Positions 17,186 to 26,538 of a stretch of 64,000 nucleotides of DNA are shown here, piece by piece. Both the position numbers and the translations under genes were made by a program. The stretch spans positions 22,066-86,065 of IMG/VR virus record IMGVR_UViG_3300034520_000200. The stretch is one strand, 5' to 3'. The number at the start of each line of letters is the position of its first letter. Position 1 is the stretch's first letter. This DNA comes from a virus. The notes under the pieces are model-generated. The model made no database searches and was not told the origin of the DNA. It saw only the letters and a list, made by a program, of their open reading frames with translations.

Positions 17186-17749
17186 ATGGAACTTAATCAA
17201 TTTACTGTATTAAAGGATGCTACTATTGAATTATGTAAAATATTTGAAAATGTTGGATTTAATAATATTTCAGTAACTAATGACCCTGATTACTATGAAA
17301 TATCTTTAGAAAGAGATGAAAAATTTCCAGCTTTAATTTTTATTGGACCTAGATTAATTCACAATAGATTTGTCCAAGGTCAAGGTCTTTATTCTACTGA
17401 AATTATTAAAGATATACAAAATCAAACTTTTATTGAAAAAAAATCCCCTCGGATAATAGATGTAATTTATAATTTAATTATATTGGGGGAAAATGATCAA
17501 GAAGTAATGAATGCTGTTTTGAATATAATAGCAATTTTCGATAAAGAAGTTACTATTACAGTGAATAATATCCAACATAGAGTTTATCTTCCAGATTATC
17601 CTGATATAAATAATATGGTCAATGAATCACAGCTTATACAAGCAGGTTGTACTATTTTAATCGAAGGACTTGAACTTGAGACTAGTACTACTAGTACTAC
17701 TGGTTATATTGCAACTGATATTATTATAAGACCAAGTGTTAAAAAGTAA
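17186..17749 (+). CDS. tail completion/terminator-like protein
   Basis: Position before sheath; FPAL..., P..IDVIYNL pattern. Confidence 0.55.
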   Translation: MELNQFTVLKDATIELCKIFENVGFNNISVTNDPDYYEISLERDEKFPALIFIGPRLIHNRFVQGQGLYSTEIIKDIQNQTFIEKKSPRIIDVIYNLIILGENDQEVMNAVLNIIAIFDKEVTITVNNIQHRVYLPDYPDINNMVNESQLIQAGCTILIEGLELETSTTSTTGYIATDIIIRPSVKK

Positions 17750-18056
17750 GTTTATAAAGGGAGGTGAATTACAATTGGAAGTTAAAATTCTGAACAAACT
17801 TGGCTGTAGTCTAGCAATAAATAAGAAAAAAGGAGGAATGTATTTATTAAAAACAGGAGTAAATAAAGTTGAGTTAAATGATTTTGTATCTGAAGAAATC
17901 GAAGCATTAAAAGCAAATAATATAATTGTTATAAAAGAAATACCAAAAATTGAATATAATAGTTCTAAAGAAGATAATTCTGAAGAAAATGCAATTGTTT
18001 ATGGAAGCATAATTGAAGATTCATCTGACAAAAAGAATAAAAAGATAAAGAAATAA
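17736..18056 (+). CDS. hypothetical tail-region protein (probable start TTG 17775)
   Basis: ORF track; GGAGGTG SD near 17760. Confidence 0.6.
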   Translation: MLKSKFIKGGELQLEVKILNKLGCSLAINKKKGGMYLLKTGVNKVELNDFVSEEIEALKANNIIVIKEIPKIEYNSSKEDNSEENAIVYGSIIEDSSDKKNKKIKK

Positions 18057-18071
18057 AAGGAGGGATTTATA

Positions 18072-19604
18072 ATGCCCGGTGTAATAGTTGAGAGAATAAG
18101 TAAACGATCTCCAAGATCAAATACAAATGATTTAGCAATATTTGTTTCTGGTCCTGCTGAATGGGGCCCTTTCGATCCAACAATAGTTACAAGTGTAAAT
18201 GATTTCGAAAATAAATTCGGAAGTCCTATAGCTGCCAGTTGGGCTTATCAAGGTATTAAGCAGTTCTTTGATGAAAGAGGAGTAGGAGAAGTTTGGTTTA
18301 ATCGAATTGCTCACTATACTGATGTAACAACTCCTTCAACTATAACTGCTGTAAAAGCTTCTATAACAATACAAGACAGAGCTGCAGTACCTGTAGATAC
18401 TCTCAAAGTTGAAGCATTGTATGCAGGTGAATTAGGTAATCAAATTAGTGTAATAATTAATAATGCAACTGTAGATTCAGCAAACAAGTTTAAAGTAACA
18501 GTAAAACTTAAAAATAGTATTGTTGAAACATTTGATGAATTATCGATGGATATTACAAGTGACGATTATGTAGAGAAAAAAATAAATGGATTTTCAAGTT
18601 ATATCAACGTTACAGATCTAGATTCTACTACACAGATACCAAGTAGAAATCCTGCAATTGGAACTTATGTTTTAACAAATGGAGATAATGGTATTACAGG
18701 TTTAACTGATGATGACTGGATAGGAAATTCTACAGCAAAAACAGGAATTTATAAATTCGACTTTGTAAAGAATAGAAGATTTATAATGATAGCTCCTGGT
18801 CAAACATCAAGAAAAGTTATAAAAGCAATGGCTGATTATTGTTACAATAGACAAGTTGGATATTGTATTGCTCAAGCTCCTTATGGAGTAAGTGACAAAG
18901 TCGCAGTAGATTTTAAGAATGGAACTGGATCTTATTCATCGGATAACATTGGTGGTTTGTGGTATAATGAACTTTCAATTTATCATCCATGGGGTTATGG
19001 AAAAATATTGACTCAAAATGTTTTTGGTCCTGTATCAGTAGAAGGTGCTATAGCTGCTAATCATTCTAAAACACAATATAGAAGAGGTGTTGCAAAAGCT
19101 CCTGCAGGATTAGAAGATGGTTATATTTCTAATTTAAGTATTTTAGGAGTAGCTTCTGCAGTAGATGCTGATTATTTGAATTCTAATGGAATTTGTCCCA
19201 TAGTTAATTTCGATAATTTTGGAACTGTGTTATGGGGTGCAAGAACAACATCAACTGACTCGAATTATGATCAAATTCAAATTACTACTACTGTACAATG
19301 GTTTACTCAATGGTGTTATGACAATCTTCTTAAATATACATTTGAACCGATTATAAGTAGCACTTTTGACAAGATAACAATTGATGCATTAAAAGTTCTT
19401 TCTGATAAATATGCACAAGGATGGTTTGATGACGGAGGAACTGGAGATCCTAATGAAGCATATTACTTCCAATGTGATTATGGTAATAACACTCCAGAAA
19501 CAATAGCTAATAGAAATATTATTATTGATTTTGGTGTAAGACCTCCGGGAGCTGCGGAGATAATTAAAGTAAGACTGTCTCTATACAGTGGTACTTCGAG
19601 TTAA
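18072..19604 (+). CDS. contractile tail sheath protein
   Basis: MPGV.VE, GPAEWGP, RGVAKAPAG, LNSNGI, LWGART, FEP, P...AE.I motifs. Confidence 0.93.
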   Translation: MPGVIVERISKRSPRSNTNDLAIFVSGPAEWGPFDPTIVTSVNDFENKFGSPIAASWAYQGIKQFFDERGVGEVWFNRIAHYTDVTTPSTITAVKASITIQDRAAVPVDTLKVEALYAGELGNQISVIINNATVDSANKFKVTVKLKNSIVETFDELSMDITSDDYVEKKINGFSSYINVTDLDSTTQIPSRNPAIGTYVLTNGDNGITGLTDDDWIGNSTAKTGIYKFDFVKNRRFIMIAPGQTSRKVIKAMADYCYNRQVGYCIAQAPYGVSDKVAVDFKNGTGSYSSDNIGGLWYNELSIYHPWGYGKILTQNVFGPVSVEGAIAANHSKTQYRRGVAKAPAGLEDGYISNLSILGVASAVDADYLNSNGICPIVNFDNFGTVLWGARTTSTDSNYDQIQITTTVQWFTQWCYDNLLKYTFEPIISSTFDKITIDALKVLSDKYAQGWFDDGGTGDPNEAYYFQCDYGNNTPETIANRNIIIDFGVRPPGAAEIIKVRLSLYSGTSS

Positions 19605-19626
19605 ATATTTTTATATTAAAAAAATA

Positions 19627-19662
19627 GTAGACGATGCTTAGACACAGTCTAGCATCGTCTAC
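19627..19662 (+). other. long stem-loop between sheath and tube genes
   Basis: gtagacgatgct / agcatcgtctac 12-bp perfect stem plus inner agac/gtct. Confidence 0.7.
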
Positions 19663-19687
19663 ATTTAAAAAGGAGGGTAAAATAAAT

Positions 19688-20155
19688 ATGGCTCGAGAAG
19701 CATATGCTGCTAATTATTATGACAATTATGCATTCCTTGTAAGGATTGATGGTTTTGTAAAAGCTGGTTTTTCAAGTGCATCTGGTCTTGAATCTGAAGT
19801 TGAAGTAATTGAACATTGGGAGGGTGCTAATTTAATTGCACATAAATCTCCTGGTAAAGTAAGCAACAATAATATAACATTAGAGCGTGGAGAAACAGAC
19901 AATTTAGATATGTATAACTGGTACAAAAAATGTTATGATGTTCAAACAGGACAAGGTGAAGCCGACATGAGTAAATTAAAAAAGAATATTATTATAGAAC
20001 AACAAGACAGATCTGGAAAAGTATTAAAGAAATGGAGAGTTTATGGAGCTTGGCCAAGAGCTTACAAACACTCTGACTGGTCTGGAGATGGAAATGAAAA
20101 AAATATTGAAACACTAGAAATAGTTAATGATGGATTTGAACCTGTTCTTCCATAA
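19688..20155 (+). CDS. tail tube protein (T4 gp19-like)
   Basis: F.V.IDG...GFS..SGL..E.EVIE..EG...K.PG...NITLERG...W...AWP; start at MAREAY after AAGGAGG (ORF track starts 19634). Confidence 0.92.
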   Translation: MAREAYAANYYDNYAFLVRIDGFVKAGFSSASGLESEVEVIEHWEGANLIAHKSPGKVSNNNITLERGETDNLDMYNWYKKCYDVQTGQGEADMSKLKKNIIIEQQDRSGKVLKKWRVYGAWPRAYKHSDWSGDGNEKNIETLEIVNDGFEPVLP

Positions 20156-20172
20156 CATTATACACATATTAG

Positions 20173-20208
20173 AAGGGCCTTCTATTTAACCCACGTTGGA
20201 AGGCCCTT
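20173..20208 (+). terminator. hairpin after tail tube gene
   Basis: aagggccttc / gaaggccctt inverted repeat. Confidence 0.6.
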
Positions 20209-20249
20209 ATTAATAAATTTCAAACATAAAATAAAATGGAGGTTAAAGT

Positions 20250-20948
20250 ATGTTAGATATTCAAATCGGTAAACTTGTTAAATTTCCTTCTGGTTTTGAA
20301 TCTGAAGTAAAAAAAATGACTGGTAAAGCACAAAATGCTCTTGCTAATCGAAAATTAGTAAAAGAAGGAACAGTTTTTGATGAAGTTATAAAAGAATGTA
20401 TACCTTATGCCCAAGAATCTGATTTAAATGAATGGTTAATAGGTGATAAATATTTTGCAATGGTTGCAATAAGAATTGTTACATTTGGAAGTAAATTTGA
20501 TTTTAGAGTAAAATGTCCTTATTGCGATACTACAAGTCAATACTGGTTTAATTTAAAAGACTTAGATGTAAAATATTTAAATGGAAGACCAACTGAAAAT
20601 CTTAAATTTAGATTACCCAATTGTGGAAAAGAAGTAACTTTTCACTTACTTAAAGGTAAACACGAAAAAATGATGCAAGAAATACTAAAGAAAAAATCTG
20701 ATAAACTTATTACTTCATTATTAATGTTAAGAACAGATAGTATTGAAGGAGAGCCAATGGTAGACGAAGATTTTTTTGAAAATCTTGATGCAGATGATAT
20801 TTATGCATTTCGTGAATATGTAGATGAATGTGATTGTGGAATAGAAACTACAATTAACCTTGAATGTCCTGAATGTGAAGCTGAATTTGAAAGTGAACTA
20901 CCTATTGACTCAAATTTTTTCTTTCCCAAAAGTCTAAAGAAGAGATAA
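20250..20948 (+). CDS. tail assembly chaperone / T4 gp26-like baseplate hub assembly protein
   Basis: GD..F.MVAIRIVTFG, CPYC and CPEC zinc knuckles, NFFFP end; between tube and tape measure. Confidence 0.8.
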   Translation: MLDIQIGKLVKFPSGFESEVKKMTGKAQNALANRKLVKEGTVFDEVIKECIPYAQESDLNEWLIGDKYFAMVAIRIVTFGSKFDFRVKCPYCDTTSQYWFNLKDLDVKYLNGRPTENLKFRLPNCGKEVTFHLLKGKHEKMMQEILKKKSDKLITSLLMLRTDSIEGEPMVDEDFFENLDADDIYAFREYVDECDCGIETTINLECPECEAEFESELPIDSNFFFPKSLKKR

Positions 20949-21115
20949 TGGAAGAAATATTTTTTGCAAGTTACGGTGGATTAATAACGATAACACTAAA
21001 TGATTTTATGAATATGTCAGTAGATGATATTGATTGGTTTTTAAATAGATTAGCAGAAGAAAAGAAACGAGAAAAAAATGCAATTGAATCTGCAGCTAGA
21101 CATAGTAGAAGATAG
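20948..21115 (+). CDS. second tail chaperone segment (55 aa), reachable by -1 frameshift at TTTTTTC 20915-20921
   Basis: Translated by hand MEEIFFASYGG...FMNMSVDDIDWFLNRLAEEKKREK; -1 frame open from the slippery heptamer. Confidence 0.75.
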   Translation: MEEIFFASYGGLITITLNDFMNMSVDDIDWFLNRLAEEKKREKNAIESAARHSRR

Positions 21116-21136
21116 AGGAGGTGAATTAAATATAAA

Positions 21137-24100
21137 ATGTTAAACGCATTAGGATTAGGACTAATATTAACAATGAGAGATTATGCTTCAATGCCCGCTG
21201 GAAGAATACAGCGGGCATTGCTTGGTTTAGATGAAACAGCAAGACAATTTTCTTACAGATTTATTGTAGCCATGTACCAAGCTAGAGAAGGTATGGATAT
21301 GATGGCTACTGGTACTGTAGCATTATTAGCGCCTTTCGGAATTTTAGCTTCGTCATTTGAAACGCAAAGTAAATTATATCAAGTTGTAGCTCAAGGTTTA
21401 ACTGATATAAATTTACTTTTAGATAAATCGTTAGAAATATCAAACAAATATGCTGGTATTACGAGAGCTAATTTTATGGAAGCAGCATATTGGATTAGAT
21501 CAGGAATGTATTGGTTAAGTGATGAAGAAGTTGCAAAGTTTGCTGCAAATGCAACAATAGTTGCTAAAGCTACAAGAGCTGATACTGAAGAAATGGCAAA
21601 TCTTTTTGCTACTGCTCATGGTATATTCAAAGATCTGTATAGAGATATGTCTGATGAACAATTCATGAATATGTTTGCTGGTGGTTTAACTGAAGCTGTT
21701 AGAGCATTTAAAACTGAAGGTCATCAAATGGTTTTAGCATTCAATGATTTAAATGCTGACGCTTCTGCAGTATTATACAATATGGAAGAACAATTAGCAG
21801 CATTAGGACTTTTACAACAGACAATGCCTGGTAGTAGGGCTGGAACGAGATTAAGAGCATTTGTACAAGGTGCTATTGAAGCTGCTCAAGAATTTAATTA
21901 TCCTATTACTGATGCTGAAGGTCATTTATTAAATATTGCAGATTTAGTCGATAGAATTAAAAAAGATTTTGTTAAAATACCAGAAGGTTTTGATATTACT
22001 AAATATGAAACTATTGAAGATGCTATGAAAGCAATAGAAATATCAAGTGGTGCACAAGTCAAAAATATATATGCTCTACGAAAAGCATTTGGTTCAAGAG
22101 AAGCTTTTTCAGTATTACAGTTATTATGGAATAGAACAGATCAATTAAGAGAAATGCAAGAAATAGTAAGAAATGGCATGATGCAAGGAATGACAGTTGC
22201 TGAAAGAATGGCATATATTATTGACCAAGGTATAGGAGAAAGATTACAAATTCTTCAACAAAGAGTTCATAATTTCTTTGAATTGATTACAGAAGCTATA
22301 CAGGGTCCAGCAAAAGCTGTCATAGATTTTGCAAGTAGCTTTATGATATTAGCACAAAATTTCATAAAAACTAATCCTACAATAGTTAAATTAACGTTTT
22401 CTATAGTTACATTAACAGGTGCTTTACTATTTTTAGCTGGTGTTATATGGACTGTAATTGGAATTCAAAAATTGATGAGTAGTACTATGTATTTGGCAAT
22501 ACAAAGAACTTTTCAAATGATACAAGGAATGAAATTGTTATTCACTACATTTACACCTATAATATTAGCAATTTCTGCATTATATTTAGCATATAAATCA
22601 AATTTTGCTGGAATTAGAGATATACTAGATTCAATAGGTAATAGAATGAAACAATTTGCATATAATACAGTTATGGTTATAAGAGGTTTATGGCAGTTAG
22701 TAACTTCATTAAATAATTTAAGATATGGCTATATAAGTGCTGAACTCAAATCTATGTTAGAATCTTTAGGATTATGGGATTTTGTAAAACATTTATTTAT
22801 GGGTTATGTAAGAATTAAAATATTTTTAACAAATTTTGTTACTAGTATAGAAAATACATTCGAAATAATAAAAGCAATAGTTACTCCAATGATAGATATT
22901 ATTTATACAATATTTAAACCTATAATCAGTTTAATTATGTTAGCTGGTCGCGCATTTGGATTTTTAGGAGAATCAGTAACTGAATCTGATGTAGAAAAAT
23001 TTAGACTTTTTGGAAAAGTACTTGGTAGTATATTAGGACCTTTAGTAGCATTTAAAAGTATAGGTTGGATTTTTAATTCAATTAAAACAGTTCAAAATTT
23101 CTTTGCTGCACAAAGATTAAATTGGCAAAAAATATTAACTAATGTATTAACTCCAATAAAGATTAAAAAATTAACAGGAGAAGCTAAAAAAGCTTATAAA
23201 GAAGTTTTATGGGCGTTAGATGAAATGCAAAATAGAACTATGTCACAAGCTACAAGACGTTCTATGAAAGCATTAATATATCATCATGTTAAAAAATATG
23301 ACTTGCAAGATTTCTTCCCTGAAATTGCAGAACAAATGAAGAAAATGAGTACAAAAACAAAAGTTCCAGCTCAAACTATAAGAAAAAGTTTTTGGCAAAA
23401 CTTTATAGGGTATATCTTCACAATACCTTCTAATATTGTAAAACTTATGCAAAATACAACAAAAAGAATTCAAGACTCTGCAAAATTCATACAACAATTT
23501 GGAATACAGAAAGGTATAAGTACTTTAATTAAAAATATTATACAGTCTGCTAACGTGCAAAAATTAAAAAACTTTTCTAAACAAGTTTTAAAATGGTTAA
23601 TTACTCCGTTTTCAAATTTGTGGAAATTTACTGTAAGATTTTTTGATGCAAGTGAAAGAATAATTAGAGCTATCGAAAGGTTTGTAATTGACTTATATAA
23701 AGCATTTGTAGATTTAATAAAAGCAGTATTCAACTTTGCAAAAGTATTTTTAAAAGCTATGATTCCAGTATTCAAACAATTTGGAATGTGGATATGGAGA
23801 AGTATAGTAAGTTTAGCTAAATTTTCTTTTGAAATAGGAAAAACTATAATTAAAGATTTTATACAGTTAGTAAAATGGATAGGAATTGCAATTGTAAAAC
23901 TTGCGATTTTTGCTGGAAGAACAATTATGGCTGCCGTAACTTCATTAGTAAATTTAGGTATAGCTTTAGGACAAGCTGTTGCTGGATTTATTGCGATGGC
24001 ACTTTCTCTTGGTCCTGTATTGTTAATAACATTAGCTGTTATAGCATTAGGTTTGGCAGTATATTTATTGTGGAAAAACTGGGATAAAGTAGTGCAAAAA

Positions 24101-24544
24101 TTTAACGAATTTAAAGAAGGAATAATTAAAAGTCCACTTATACAAAAAATTATAGAAATTGGAAAATATATTAAAGATCATATAGTTGATCCTATTATAA
24201 AAGCATTAGAAGCAGTTGCAAAATTCTTAGGATTAGACACTAGAAGTGAATTTTATGGTGGACCAAATGGTACTGGAGCATCTCCAATTCCAACAACAAA
24301 TAGACAAAGAGTTAAATTACCAACTGAAGAACCTATTAATTTTATCGCACCATATGCAGCTGGACAAAATGATAATCTATTGCAGCAATTGCAGGATATG
24401 CAACGTTATATAAATGTAGCAAATCAAATGAGAAGTGAAAATGTTGTTTATGTACAACTTGATGGTAAAACAGTTGCACAAGCGATTGCAAATCGCGTCG
24501 ATAATCAAAATAGAAGAAGAGTATATGATAACATTCCCAAATAA
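21137..24544 (+). CDS. tail tape measure protein (TP901-like core)
   Basis: 1135 aa helical, GSRAGTRLRAF, AFG.EA, LWKNWD, VQLDGKTVA motifs. Confidence 0.92.
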   Translation: MLNALGLGLILTMRDYASMPAGRIQRALLGLDETARQFSYRFIVAMYQAREGMDMMATGTVALLAPFGILASSFETQSKLYQVVAQGLTDINLLLDKSLEISNKYAGITRANFMEAAYWIRSGMYWLSDEEVAKFAANATIVAKATRADTEEMANLFATAHGIFKDLYRDMSDEQFMNMFAGGLTEAVRAFKTEGHQMVLAFNDLNADASAVLYNMEEQLAALGLLQQTMPGSRAGTRLRAFVQGAIEAAQEFNYPITDAEGHLLNIADLVDRIKKDFVKIPEGFDITKYETIEDAMKAIEISSGAQVKNIYALRKAFGSREAFSVLQLLWNRTDQLREMQEIVRNGMMQGMTVAERMAYIIDQGIGERLQILQQRVHNFFELITEAIQGPAKAVIDFASSFMILAQNFIKTNPTIVKLTFSIVTLTGALLFLAGVIWTVIGIQKLMSSTMYLAIQRTFQMIQGMKLLFTTFTPIILAISALYLAYKSNFAGIRDILDSIGNRMKQFAYNTVMVIRGLWQLVTSLNNLRYGYISAELKSMLESLGLWDFVKHLFMGYVRIKIFLTNFVTSIENTFEIIKAIVTPMIDIIYTIFKPIISLIMLAGRAFGFLGESVTESDVEKFRLFGKVLGSILGPLVAFKSIGWIFNSIKTVQNFFAAQRLNWQKILTNVLTPIKIKKLTGEAKKAYKEVLWALDEMQNRTMSQATRRSMKALIYHHVKKYDLQDFFPEIAEQMKKMSTKTKVPAQTIRKSFWQNFIGYIFTIPSNIVKLMQNTTKRIQDSAKFIQQFGIQKGISTLIKNIIQSANVQKLKNFSKQVLKWLITPFSNLWKFTVRFFDASERIIRAIERFVIDLYKAFVDLIKAVFNFAKVFLKAMIPVFKQFGMWIWRSIVSLAKFSFEIGKTIIKDFIQLVKWIGIAIVKLAIFAGRTIMAAVTSLVNLGIALGQAVAGFIAMALSLGPVLLITLAVIALGLAVYLLWKNWDKVVQKFNEFKEGIIKSPLIQKIIEIGKYIKDHIVDPIIKALEAVAKFLGLDTRSEFYGGPNGTGASPIPTTNRQRVKLPTEEPINFIAPYAAGQNDNLLQQLQDMQRYINVANQMRSENVVYVQLDGKTVAQAIANRVDNQNRRRVYDNIPK

Positions 24545-24562
24545 AATAGGAGGTGAATTTTA

Positions 24563-25033
24563 ATGTATACTGGAAACACAAAAATTATAAAAGCATATTT
24601 AGTTGATTGGAATACATCTGAAAAAATTATATTCCAGTATAATCCTCCAGAATGGGAAGATCGAAGATCAGTTAATTATACTGAAATTGTTATACCAGGA
24701 ATTTCTCATCCAGTTTATCAATATGTTGCAAGTGGAGAAAGATCAGTAAATTTTACAATACAATTAAATGCTATGTATAATAAAAATGCTATGTATATCG
24801 CTCACTGGATAAGAGCAAGAACTTATCCAGTGAGATCTAATATTTCTATTCAAAATGCACCTCACAAAGTTGTATTTATATGGCCAAATGCTATTTCACT
24901 TTTAGGAGTTATAACAGATGCAAACAGAAAAATAGAAGACCATTTTCCAGACGGTAGAATAAAATTAATGTCATTAGAAGTTACAATAAAAGAAGCTATT
25001 AAAAAATCTTGGTCTTTCGATATGGTGAGGTGA
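24563..25033 (+). CDS. tube initiator / CIS-tube-like baseplate protein
   Basis: FQYNP, IPG...P..QY..GER, P..V.F.W motifs. Confidence 0.75.
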   Translation: MYTGNTKIIKAYLVDWNTSEKIIFQYNPPEWEDRRSVNYTEIVIPGISHPVYQYVASGERSVNFTIQLNAMYNKNAMYIAHWIRARTYPVRSNISIQNAPHKVVFIWPNAISLLGVITDANRKIEDHFPDGRIKLMSLEVTIKEAIKKSWSFDMVR

Positions 25034-25039
25034 TATGTA

Positions 25040-25330
25040 ATGGCTTTAAACAAGTCAAGATACAGCTGGTGTGTTGTTATTAAAGAAAATGATATATATT
25101 ATATTGGAGGAACTGATCCTTTAAAAATAAGGAAAAGTGACGATGATATAGAACATATTTGGAGTCAAGGTGATAGACTCGATTTACTTGCTAAAAAATA
25201 TTTAAATGATGATAAATTATGGTGGATTATTGCTGAATATAATAATATTATGTTTTTCTTTGAAGAAATTGAAATTGGAAGAATAATTTATATACCGAGT
25301 TTATATAGGGTGGTGACAGAAATATTATGA
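25040..25330 (+). CDS. LysM/tail X-like baseplate protein
   Basis: GDRLDLLAKKYL.D..LWWIIAEYN...G..I.IP. Confidence 0.85.
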   Translation: MALNKSRYSWCVVIKENDIYYIGGTDPLKIRKSDDDIEHIWSQGDRLDLLAKKYLNDDKLWWIIAEYNNIMFFFEEIEIGRIIYIPSLYRVVTEIL

Positions 25331-26538
25331 TTACAAGTTATGAACAAGTTTTAACACCCTATGTATATTTGACTTTAAATGGAGCTCAAATTTCAAATGA
25401 ACTTAATCAAAGAATAATTTCAATAGAAATTGAATATGCTGAAGAAAAACAAGATATGATAACAATTTCATTTGAAAATTCAGACCAATTTGTCAGCGAC
25501 AATCCACTAATTAAAGATGGTAAAACTTTATCAATAGTTTATGGATATGCTAATTTATATGATTATGATGGTGATTTTACTATAAAAGATTATGAAGGTT
25601 TAGAAACATTTACAATTTATGGTTATAAAGGTTCAGGTAAAAAACCAAAGAATACAATACGAGGTATAAAAACAAGTTCAACTAAAACTTCTTCTTCTGT
25701 TTATAATCCTTATGGTGGTACTGGAAGAATTAGAACAAATAGATCATCTGCTTATCCTGGCTCTGTTTTAGGAGCTACAAGTTCTACTGGAAGTAGTTCA
25801 ACACCTCCAGCAAACTATGTTCCTAGTGAACTTTGGAATAAAGCTCCAGTATTAACTCTAATTTATAAAAATCAAGATAATGGTCTTATTATTAGTTTTG
25901 ATCCTTCTTATAAGACTCAAAGTTTAGCTGAAGGTTCAGTAATAGAAGGAATTGATCCAGATTCTAAAGATATTTTCAGAGCATTTGTAAGCGATATTGG
26001 ACAAAAATTAGGATTGAGTGATAATATACAAAGTCAAATAAATAAAGCTGGAACATGGGTAATTGATGGTATTACAGGTGTAGAAAAATTCATAACAGAG
26101 CAAGGAGAAAAATTAATGCAGAAAGTTCTTCCTAATACTTCAAAGCTGTTAAATATTGGAACTGGAACTAGTAGTACTGGTACAGGAATTCAAGGAAATG
26201 AGATATTAATTGAAGCATCTTTATCGACATTAGGTCTCCCTGGATTGACAAATGGAGTAAATATTAACATTTTAAATGTAGGTAAAAAATTTAGTGGTAA
26301 GTGGTTTATAAAATCAATAAGTCATAGAATCGATAGTAATGGTTATAGAGTTAATGCTAGTCTTTTAAGACCAACTAAAACTTCACTCGGTAGTGGTAGT
26401 AGTAATATACAAAATGTAGATAATAAAAATAACAATTATAGCTCATTATTTAATACTATTAAAGATAAGTTTTCAATTATTGTAGATGGTTTTACTGGAA
26501 AAGAAATAGAACAAAAAATGCATTATGAAGGCAGGTGA
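25327..26538 (+). CDS. baseplate hub (late control D-like) protein
   Basis: Position; C-terminal G.P.L..G..I.I..VGKKFSGKWFIKSISH. Confidence 0.8.
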   Translation: MITSYEQVLTPYVYLTLNGAQISNELNQRIISIEIEYAEEKQDMITISFENSDQFVSDNPLIKDGKTLSIVYGYANLYDYDGDFTIKDYEGLETFTIYGYKGSGKKPKNTIRGIKTSSTKTSSSVYNPYGGTGRIRTNRSSAYPGSVLGATSSTGSSSTPPANYVPSELWNKAPVLTLIYKNQDNGLIISFDPSYKTQSLAEGSVIEGIDPDSKDIFRAFVSDIGQKLGLSDNIQSQINKAGTWVIDGITGVEKFITEQGEKLMQKVLPNTSKLLNIGTGTSSTGTGIQGNEILIEASLSTLGLPGLTNGVNINILNVGKKFSGKWFIKSISHRIDSNGYRVNASLLRPTKTSLGSGSSNIQNVDNKNNNYSSLFNTIKDKFSIIVDGFTGKEIEQKMHYEGR

